Origin: Somniosus microcephalus
Lineage: Eukaryota
Length of the DNA stretch: 64,000 nt
Assembly (NCBI GenBank): GCA_052327205.1
Contig: CM126220.1
Coordinates: 33,046,001-33,110,000 of the forward strand
Direction of reading: 5' to 3'
In this document: one piece after another, positions 36,601-45,150 of the stretch
Layout of the letters: each line of letters opens with the position of its first letter
Position numbering within the stretch: the first letter of the stretch is position 1
Notes under the pieces: model-generated
The model's database searches: none
Told to the model about the DNA's origin: nothing
What the model saw: only the letters and a program-made list of their open reading frames with translations
Program-made: the position numbers and the translations under genes

Positions 36601-38565
36601 TCGCAGTGTGCTCTTAAGGAGATGCAGAAACAAATCTTGGACATGGAAAAGAGAAACGCTTCTTTACCTGATGTGAATAATGTGGACATGTTGCGAGAGG
36701 GGATTATTGAGGCGAAACTGAAAGAAGCTAAGCAAAGGATGTTGGAACTTGAAACACAGAACCAAATCAGCAGAAATCAGCTATGTCGAGCAGAGAAGGA
36801 GTGCTATGGTCTACATGAGAAGGTGCAATATCTCTCAGCCCAGAATAAGGGGCTACTCACTCAGTTAAATGAGAGTAAACGGGAAATGGCTGAGATAGAC
36901 TGCAAGAATAAAGAAGAATTGATGGCAGTGAGACTTCGAGAGGCAGATAGCATAGCAGCCTTGGCTGAACTCCAAAAGGAAATTGCAAAAAAAACAATTG
37001 CAGAGGAATCTTCAGGAAGCCAGGATTTTATTCCAGTCCTTCTCTACGACTCCTTACAAGCAGAGTGTGAGAAGTTGAAAGAACAGTATGGACAGGCCCA
37101 GGCTACAATGCTGGAGGGGATTAACTCGGCAACCCCCGAAAAGCTAGTTTCAGTAGAAGCATATGAACAACTAAAGGTTGAACATGAGCAAGAAGTCCAA
37201 AGGCTGCAGGAAATGTTTGATGAGCTCCAGGCCAAGGCTGCCTCATCGGTAAAGATTCCATCCATAGATGAAACATTAGTGGTGGAAGAGGAGAGGGGTT
37301 TGGAGCTCTCAAAAGTTATTGAAATAGCTGAGGTTGCAACACAGACTGAGAAGATGGCAGCAGAGCAACCCTTGGATACCAAAAGTACGCTGACTCACGT
37401 CAATGTAGAACAACAGACCGCTGAAACAGCTGCTCCGGTAGAGGGATTGAATAGTCCGATCAATCAATCTCCAAAGGAAGTTGAAGTATTAAAATCACAA
37501 ATGAGGTCATTAGTAAACGACTTGCTGAAAGCTCAGAAAAAGCTGGATGAAGAGGTACACATGAAGAAGTCTCTTCAGGAAAGATGTCTGGATTTGGAAC
37601 AAGAGCTGGCTAACGTCCAGCTGGGTATGGAGGAAATAGACGACCCTCTCGCTGGCCTAGCTCAGGACGACACCGAATATTACCATGACCTGGTGGACTA
37701 CACCGAATATTACGATGTCCTGTCCTGCCCAGCTTGTAACTTCGACTCCCAAAGTGCAGAAATCATGGAGGAGCACCAAAAGTCTACGGAACATCGGGAG
37801 AAGGTGGCTCTACTACGGAAAAAGGAGGAAGAGAAGGAGGAACTGCGCATGCAGCTGGCAGCTGACAGTGGAACCCAGAGAGTCTCCAAGAAGCAGAAAA
37901 GGAAAAGTCGAAACAGAAGATGACCCATCTGAACCATTATCACCTCTACCAGATCACACACGTGGTCCCTCCGAACGGAGCCAAATCAGTTCGGAAGTTC
38001 AAACTGTTAAATCCATGGAAGGACTGTTGAATGAGTCACTCCAGCAATGTGAACCGACTACACCACAGAGACTGAATCTGTGAACTGTTTTCCGCAGAGA
38101 CTGAATCTGTGATCTGTTTTGACATGAAGTTATATATGTTATTATGTTATGTTAAACATGAAGTTATATGACGTTGACTCCATCGAGAGTATATCTGTAA
38201 ATTGTTATATGACGTTGACTCCATCGAGAGTATATCTGCAAACTGTTTATATAAAGTTGAAGATTGTATGTTTAACGGGATTCTGTAAGTAAAAAGCTAA
38301 AAAGGGAGGATTGTAGTGTATGTACCCGTTTACCTTTAAGGGAACTATTGAATGTAACCGTTCGCCTTTAAGAGCACTATTTTAGGTGTGGCACTATTTG
38401 TTGGCTCATGTATACTGTAATACCGATAGTGACCACACCAGTATATAAGGGTTGTGATACGTTAACTAGGGCAGATTCGCCCGAACCTCTGAATAGTAAA
38501 GACCTGTTTTATTTGTTAATCTTGGAGTCTGTGTATTATTTGCAATACAACCCACAGACTTTACA
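33663..38565 (+). mobile_element. Very young non-autonomous Gypsy LTR element B, with pol replaced by host-like sequence
   Basis: LTRs at 33663-33916 and 38312-38565 (254 bp, no differences seen by eye, TG..CA), TSD ATAAG, PBS tggcgacgagg (tRNA-Ser-like) at 33918 and PPT aaaaagggagga before 38312. Confidence 0.95.
34927..37923 (+). CDS. Chimeric Gag-protease fused to a host-derived coiled-coil/zinc-finger mosaic (998 aa from ATG 34927)
   Basis: Uninterrupted ORF: Gypsy Gag (EDWATYVERIE, LRDKFVCG), two CCHC knuckles (35497-35598) and an aspartic protease (ELDTGS...LLGREW, about 35776-36072). No RT, RNase H or integrase motifs. The remainder resembles STK10, ANKRD24, EVI5, OPTN and DNAJC21 segments. 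Confidence 0.88.
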   Translation: MPKRGNINDFNAEIEDWATYVERIEIYCVANEIEDDDKAITLLYSMGAKTYGLLKHLIAPVKPVDQTFEEIVAVLKDHLNPTPLMLAERFKFYARTQRKDESNAEYLVELRKLAKYCQFGGNLTEALRDKFVCGLAKEGTQKRLLEENDLTLDRAVLIASSHEAAAKGTAEMQLKAAALGVDQITASTSKCYRCGKTTHDQNQCWFKNQECRKCGKLGHIARVCRSGKKTNKQRKPPPQEKYNKVHQVAEKSSDEQNSDSDPNSQELDSLRIHNVGKVTDLQTIWVTLKIAGVQVRMELDTGSAVSVINQKDYHRLFSHIPLRNTKFVLQTYTGHNVYPMGKIRVKVRDRGKVHPRMNLYVLPEGGPPLLGREWIRKIDMEWHYLQTMTSEDSVQTSSSDSEPEDDKSSLRMKNKVNMNSRTKVGKSMACIKTENSESVQVTDICITEEHRARTQRYFKVRQQLEQLSYRLVQEMKTMKKFYDTEWESLERQQNLLAQAESDHRAIVTNYRSHLPYDVQELEYLHDLEIQQKGKPRYTEDFVLQLETELVQARLREVESQCALKEMQKQILDMEKRNASLPDVNNVDMLREGIIEAKLKEAKQRMLELETQNQISRNQLCRAEKECYGLHEKVQYLSAQNKGLLTQLNESKREMAEIDCKNKEELMAVRLREADSIAALAELQKEIAKKTIAEESSGSQDFIPVLLYDSLQAECEKLKEQYGQAQATMLEGINSATPEKLVSVEAYEQLKVEHEQEVQRLQEMFDELQAKAASSVKIPSIDETLVVEEERGLELSKVIEIAEVATQTEKMAAEQPLDTKSTLTHVNVEQQTAETAAPVEGLNSPINQSPKEVEVLKSQMRSLVNDLLKAQKKLDEEVHMKKSLQERCLDLEQELANVQLGMEEIDDPLAGLAQDDTEYYHDLVDYTEYYDVLSCPACNFDSQSAEIMEEHQKSTEHREKVALLRKKEEEKEELRMQLAADSGTQRVSKKQKRKSRNRR

Positions 38566-39769
38566 ATAAGCATGCCAGCTCCCAACTCTAGTCTTCAATA
38601 CCTCTTTTTCCATTACATCCAATGTCATCTCTTTATTCTATTCATGCTAAATGGTCAAGATCCCTCTGAAGTATTCTCCTTTGTTTCTCCTAAGCTTCAA
38701 GTATGTCTTATACACATTCTTCTTCCTCCCTAAGTCTTCACTGTGCTGAAATCACAGGTGTGATACCATGACAAGGCATTTGCAGGAATCACACATCGGG
38801 AAATTGTGCTGTGCAGCTCTTCCAAAATGTGCTCCCGATGAGCACCATTCCCCAGTGGAAGTGTGGATCATGAAAAAAGACCCTCAAAAGATATTGGCCC
38901 AGTAATTCGGGTCCCAGCGCATGAGTACGGACGGGGTACTCACGCATGGGCCCGATGGAAGTGTCGGTTTTCAGCATGCACAGCGCATGCGCGGAAAACT
39001 GGCATTTCCTTTCCTCTGAACCAAGGGGTTAAGAGGCGGAACGCGTGCAACGTTTCAGGCAGCGCGTGCGCAGTGAAATTCGGCGTTTTCATGAATGGTT
39101 TGAGTGAGGGTAAGTCCCCACGATTTACACATTTGAAAAGGAGGAGTAAAGCTGGCCAGCAGCTCCGTAACGCTGAGGGTGAAGAATTGCTTCAGCAGTG
39201 CTGGTTCTGAACAGCAAATTTTTAGTTGTGAAAGGGAGGGAATTTATTGTAAGAAAGTCTGAGGTAAGTTTCCAACTTTATTTTTTTTTTTTAAACGGGT
39301 TTTGAGTAGTGTAGGTATAAGGATCAACTCTAGCTGTGTGCAAGGCCTAATTGAATATGATTTCTTTATTAAATGTGAAAATGACTGTTTAAAAATGAAT
39401 AAAATGTTTAAAAAATAAACTTCTCATCAGTAATATATCTTCTTTTTAGTAATTATGTATGTATGAATGTATGTATGTCTGTATATATTCCTTGAAGGAT
39501 GTGCATTTCTGTATGTATTCCTTTCAGTATGTGGATGAATGTATGTATGTAATGATGACTTTCTGAAAATGTAAGTTATTGGAAAATGATCTCGGCCTGT
39601 GATATTCATCAGGCAGGTATGACGTGTTCCCAAGCCGTTAAAGCATGTTTCCTGCCATAGGCCGAGTTGATTTTATAGCCACTCAGTTTATTAAAGTAAC
39701 TGTAACAACTATTTCCATTTCTTCCTTACAAGTACGTCTGTGTAAAGAGGAGTCCTGTGAGCGAGAAAC

Positions 39770-40921
39770 ATGCCTTCTTATAGAAATGTTACCGTGATGC
39801 TCTGTGTGGTTTTGCTTCAAAGAAATCGGAACTCCAGGGAACATCGTAGAAGAGTGAGGAACCATAACCGTCTCCTGATCAGAAGGAACAACTACCCACC
39901 CCACAGAGTGTACAGGGAGAGGCGATCATTTGAGATGCTGTCGGAGGAGTTGTGTGTGAGGAGGCTGCGCTTCAGTACAGAGGCAATCGGCCGACTATGT
40001 GACATGTTGAAAGCGGACCTGGAACCACGCTCAAAGACCCGCACTGCCTTGTCAGTGAACATGAAGGTAACCACAGCATTGAACTTCTTTGCAAGTGGGT
40101 CATTTCAAGCAGGCTCCGGTGACATAAGCAACATCTCCAAGAATGCTGCGAGGGTCTGCATTCACCAGGTCACAGAAGCCATTTGCCGTAGGCTTTCAGA
40201 TTTCATTAAGTATGACTTGTCCACTCGACATCAAAAGGAGATGGCCTTAGCATTTCATCGCATTGCTGGATTCCCCAAAGTGATTGGGGCCGTCGATGGA
40301 ACCCATATTGCATTGAAGGCACCAATGGATGCACCTGTGACATACATAAACAGGAAGGGGTATCATTCATTGAATGTAATGATATTATGTGATGCGCACC
40401 TCAGGATCCTAAACGTGAATGCAGGGCACCGGGGAAGTAATCATGATTCCTTCGTCCTCCGTAACTCTAAATTGTATGATGCTCTCAGCAAATTGCCTAC
40501 AGGATCCGCATGGATATTGGGCGACAAGGGCTACCCGCTAAGACCATGGCTGATGACCCCCTACCACAAGACCAATAATCAGTCTCAGGAGAGATACAAC
40601 CATGCACACGTGTCCACACGTCAAGTGGTGGAGAGGACAATAGGAGTTCTGAAATCACGCTTCCGGTGCCTGGATAGGTCAGGGGGGACCTTGCAGTACT
40701 CTCACCAGAAAGTGGCAAGGATTGTGATGGCCTGTTGTGTTTTGCACAACCTTGCCCTGCAGGAAGGACTGACCCTTAACACTGCAGAACAGCTCCCTGC
40801 TGAAATGGAGGATGAAGGCGATGGCAATGTGCATGTTGACAGGCCTCATGGGGAGGAGCCAAGTGCCGCCGAAAATAAGGCTGCTCAGGAACTGCTGGTA
40901 GCCAACACCTTCACGAGGTAG
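39770..40921 (+). CDS. Harbinger/HARBI1-like DDE transposase, 383 aa, intact
   Basis: HTH region ALNFFASGSFQ, with catalytic motifs [17 protein letters not shown] and [21 protein letters not shown]. No stops. Confidence 0.92.
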   Translation: MPSYRNVTVMLCVVLLQRNRNSREHRRRVRNHNRLLIRRNNYPPHRVYRERRSFEMLSEELCVRRLRFSTEAIGRLCDMLKADLEPRSKTRTALSVNMKVTTALNFFASGSFQAGSGDISNISKNAARVCIHQVTEAICRRLSDFIKYDLSTRHQKEMALAFHRIAGFPKVIGAVDGTHIALKAPMDAPVTYINRKGYHSLNVMILCDAHLRILNVNAGHRGSNHDSFVLRNSKLYDALSKLPTGSAWILGDKGYPLRPWLMTPYHKTNNQSQERYNHAHVSTRQVVERTIGVLKSRFRCLDRSGGTLQYSHQKVARIVMACCVLHNLALQEGLTLNTAEQLPAEMEDEGDGNVHVDRPHGEEPSAAENKAAQELLVANTFTR

Positions 40922-41044
40922 TGCCACCTTGTACCTACCCCTCCCCCCGCAAGGCAAAGACAGGAGCAGACACATATTAAAGTGAAGCAGTGACCTTTTA
41001 TTGCATCATCAAACAGTTTTCAGCTTCAGTTTCGTAAAGTTTAT

Positions 41045-41748
41045 GGCCTAGAAATTCAGTTTGGGGCGGCCAGCTCGCTCGCGCCCAGAAAGTACCGCTG
41101 CGCGCGGAGCCACTTGCGCCCGCCGGAAATTCAGTTTCAGCACCCCAACTCGGAGGCGGCCGCTATTCAAGGGTTTCGGCGCCCCCGCTTGGGGCGCTGA
41201 AACTGAATATCGGCGCGCTAGGTGCCGCAGCGCCACCCGCTGCGGAGCGGCAGGCTGCGGTACTGCAGGCCTTCCTCCCTCTCTTAAGGGGGAGGTGCCT
41301 GCAACAGCGAGATCGCCGCTCGCTAGTGCCGGCAAATGAGCCCGGCACCATGGAGAAGTGCCGGGCTCCCGGAAAACAGCCGGCAATGCCGCGGGGGGGG
41401 CGGGTGGAGGAGGCCGGGGAAGGAGGTGCGGGCAGGCGGCCGCCGAAAAAGCGGCCGACCGCACCTCCGCCTTAACTCGCCCCACTAACGCTACAGGACG
41501 GCCCCGTTTTCTGATCGCTGTTTGCGGCCGCTGCGGAAGAGGCGGCCGCAACTAAATATGGCGGTCGGGCCAAGTAGCGGGGCGGTAGCGGGGCACTGCG
41601 CACACCGATGACGTCATCGGTGGCGGCGCAGCGCTACTGGCTAACGCCGCCATTACCGCAGCACTGAATATCGCCGAAAGCTCAGCAAGTGGTGCAAAAG
41701 CCCTCTTTGGGCGAAAACTGGGCACAAAGCCTACTGAATTTCTAGCCC
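41045..41748 (+). mobile_element. ~700-bp GC-rich Harbinger MITE nested in a Harbinger
   Basis: TIR ggcctagaaattcagt / actgaatttctagccc (15/16), TSD TAT. Homologous to 32810-33508. Confidence 0.9.
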
Positions 41749-41759
41749 TATAACTTGTA

Positions 41760-42150
41760 AATTTTAAGTAGCGGTTCTCTACTTTTAAAACATTAGTGAA
41801 CAGGAACAGTTAAGAGAAAAATTTGTAAACAGTTTGTATTTACTTGTCTTTCTTTCTTAGTGCAAGTAAGACATTGAGGATGTTAACTACCTCTTTTTTG
41901 CTATTGAGAAATATGCAAACGTTAACAGTTTGGAAATCACTTTGTAAACAGTTTTAAGTCACTTTTTTTGGTTTCTTAGTGAAATTAAAAAATTGAACAT
42001 GTTAACTACCTAGTTTCAAGTTTTCAAACATGTGCAAACTGATAAATGTTTGAAAAAAAATTGTAAACATTTTACAGTAATTTTTTTTGTTTCTTACTGC
42101 AATACAGACATTCAAGGTGGAAACTACCTATTTTCTAATTTTATAACAGT
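41760..42150. repeat. AT-rich ~119-bp tandem repeat, about 3 copies
   Basis: ttgtaaaca at about 41823/41942/42061, tttcttagtg-like motifs at about 41853/41972/42090, and aactacct at about 41885/42004/42122. Confidence 0.75.
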
Positions 42151-42295
42151 TGCTGTCAAAAAAAAATTTCTCCAATAAAAGTTGAATTTCTTTTCACATT
42201 GACTAGTGGATGTACTACTTAAACGAAAAGGTTACATATCCTTTCAGTCAAAAAAAAACATTTGAATTTAAAAATCAAAGAAAACATTTAACATT

Positions 42296-42571
42296 TCAAT
42301 AAAATGAAAAATTAAACAATTGAATGATTTGGCCACTCGCTTCTGTGATTGAGGGTTGAAGGAGGCGCAGTGAGCTAATGGTGGAGGTCGCGCTGACAGC
42401 CTGGGCAACTTCTGACCAAGCTATCATCTGACCTTTTCGCGGCGCCCTGGAATGCTCATTCCCAATGATGCGCAGGCGCTTCGCCTCCACCTCGTTGAGG
42501 AGATTACTGAGGTCATCTTCAGTGAAGTTTTGAGTTCTTTTAATCACGTGAATTGTGCTCATTCCAGCCAT
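42296..42571 (-). pseudogene. Truncated Myb/SANT-like ORF of the Harbinger
   Basis: KRTQNFTEDDLSNLLNEVE...WSEVAQAVSA is the start of a Myb/SANT-like domain. The third helix is not seen. Confidence 0.7.
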
Positions 42572-44744
42572 TTCACTTTGCTAATTAAATGAAATGAATG
42601 AAAAGAATGCTTTCAAGGCTTTCAAAACTGTTTAAATAGCTTCAAATCTCTTTAAAACTATTTCAGAGTCCTCAAAATCATGTAAACGTATTTAAAAGAT
42701 TAAAGAAGTTACCAAAACATTCCTAAAAATACAAAGAACCTACTTACAATGCTGCTCTGTATGTATGAAGCATCTCCAGCTGCTGAGAAAGATTGGGGGC
42801 GTGTCCTATGGTAATGCGACCTCACGGGGCGTGTCTCACTTACACTCCGCGCTCGAGGCTTCACGCTGGCTGCACTCCTGGGCGGCGTGACGTCAGACGC
42901 TGCCCGGGAGTAATCATCAGAAAAAAGGAATTCCACGCGCCCCGAGAGCACAACGGCCGGCGCGCCGGGTAAGTGCACATCAGGGGCTTGCACACGCGGC
43001 AAGCCCCCGAACCTAATTTCTGGGCCATTACACTCTATCTAACTCAATCTTTAACAGGACCTCAACATTGTGAAACTCTTTACCTCACTCAATCTTCTCT
43101 TTGACAATTATCAGGCTTTTAAAACCCAAGGATAATAACATTAATCATTACATCCTGATTTACTTGCTCTTCTCTTATACTCTTTCCAACATTGGCGATA
43201 TTTTGCACAATGGGTGAGCACATTTTACTAAGATTTTCTCACTTAAAGAATAAAATGTACCAATTATATCCCGCTACCAAACTACCACCAATTGTGTCCT
43301 GTTATTTGTGACTAAGTCTTATACCAGGTAGTGAATAAGGCTCTTCGGAGACCAACAAGGAATAGATTCTGCATTTTTTATCAAATAGCTGCTGATGTTG
43401 GATGGTTAGGTGGGCATTGGTGGGCAGAATTGGTGGCAAGGAAGTTATTTTGCATTCAGTAATATGTTGGCATTTTGTGGGAATTAATTAGCTGAATAAA
43501 ATTTCAAGCAGATTCGATTGGTGTTCTACTTTGCCACTTCAAAACAAGCAAAATGATTTGAAAGAGATTTGCCGTGTCTCTGTGTCGTACCTCAATGAAT
43601 GTTTTACCCACAATTTAGTTTATAAATATGTTTCCGAATTCTTAGGATTTACAGATCTCTGGGTAAATACGTTACGCAAGTCTTGATTTCCACCTCAGAC
43701 AAAAATATTCATTCATTTAAAATGAAACGAAAAGTCACTGCTGATATGAAAGGGTTTTCAGTTGAGCAGAATAATCAGCTCACGCTCTAAAGTGGTAATG
43801 CAATCAATGTTTCATTCAATTTTCCAACAAAACTTGTGGAAGTCTGGGGGGACGGGGGGGGGAGTAACCTGCGGCAATTCACAAGCCAAATAATGAAGAG
43901 TATATGCGAGGAAAGAAGTGAGCTTCAAGGAGAGCTGGTGCACGAAACTAAATTGTCCCCACATTTGCTGCGATTTTACCGATCCTTGGGGGATTCAATT
44001 GTAAAATATTTTAATTTATGTGATTCGTATCACAGTCCCAGTGATAGGCTGATTTCCGCTTGTTTTACGGCCTATTTTACGTTCTGGCAGATGCTAACGA
44101 GATTCTCAGGATATTCTGGCATAATTTGCCGTTGGCAAGATCGGAATAGAAAGCTACGTAAATTTCAGCGTAATTTTGGCTTAAACCAGATGAAGGAAAT
44201 TCCGTCCCAAGTGTGTCTAATATTAAAACACGCGTGATACACTTGATCATATAAACATATATTTACATACAGTGTACACACCTGAGATGCACTCAGAGAG
44301 CACAAACCCAACACGAGACTGGGATGAGGAGTGAGTGCTTCAGGCGATAACAAAACTGAATGTAATCAGCCCCTGGGTGGGGACAGATGAGGCTTATTAA
44401 CATTAATTGTAATTATAATTGGACTGTTTGTTATGCAGTACACAGCAACTAATCAGGAAATTTTACCTGAGGATTTTACAGTAGGTTAAGGATTATTTTG
44501 TGAGGTTAAAGGGTAATTGAGAGCAAAGTAAAGATGATCATGTTAATTAGTAAAGGATAAACAGATGAATAATTGATGTTTCCGTAATCTATTAACATAT
44601 GGTAATTACACAATTAACGTGTATACCACTGAAGTAGTTAGATATTGAGTGCCCAACTCTTGGTGCCTTTGTGTGTCAGTCACAGTGATTTGGGCCAGGA
44701 TTATGTGTTAGCCTGTGTTTGAGCTGCTACAGCTCTGCTTTTTA

Positions 44745-45150
44745 TAGCAAATCCCGTTTACCCATCATCCCTGTGCTCACTGACCTACATTGGCTCCTGG
44801 TCCAGCATCATCTCCATTTTAACATTCTCATCCCTGTTTTCAAATCCCTTCATGGCCTCGCCCCTCCCTATCTCTATAACTTCCTCCAGCCCAACAACCC
44901 TCCACAATCTCTAAGCTCCTCCAATTCTTGTCCCTTGTGCATCCCCGATTTTCATCGCTCCACCATTGGTGGTCATGCCTTCAGCTGCCTAGGTCCTAAA
45001 CTCTGGAATTCCCTCCCTAAACCTTTCTGCCTCTCTACCTCTCTCTCCTCCTTTAAGACACTCCTTAAAATCTACCTCCTTGCTCAAGCTTTGGGTCACC
45101 TGTCCTAATATCTCCTTATGTGGCTCAGTGTCAAATTTTGTTTGATTAAA
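44745..45150 (+). mobile_element. L2 LINE 3' fragment
   Basis: IIPVLTDLHWL...HGLAPPYL...GGHAFSCLGPKLWNSLP is a typical L2 ORF2 C-terminus. Confidence 0.75.

Larger units (their letters stand above)
38896..43026 (+). mobile_element. PIF/Harbinger DNA transposon with both ends
   Basis: TIRs ggcccagtaattcggg / acctaatttctgggcc (13/16), TSD ATT (38893-38895, 43027-43029). Intact transposase on +, Myb remnant on -. Confidence 0.88.

Noticed and set aside
36535-37923. Genuine host EVI5, OPTN or DNAJC21 loci, or ordinary processed pseudogenes
   Set aside because: The fragments are short, intronless, fused to Gag and bounded by LTRs with a TSD, with no poly(A) tails.
39770-40921. Domesticated HARBI1 gene
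   Set aside because: The ORF is flanked by TIRs, a TSD and a Myb remnant, so it is a transposon copy rather than the host gene.
41048-41555. GC-rich Pro/Ala/Arg ORFs in the MITEs (also 7270-7893, 32929-33505, 62707-63304)
   Set aside because: Open frames are expected from high GC content, are not conserved between copies and carry no domains.
44235-44628. Possible solo LTR (tgatacac...gtatacca)
   Set aside because: No target-site duplication or second copy found.
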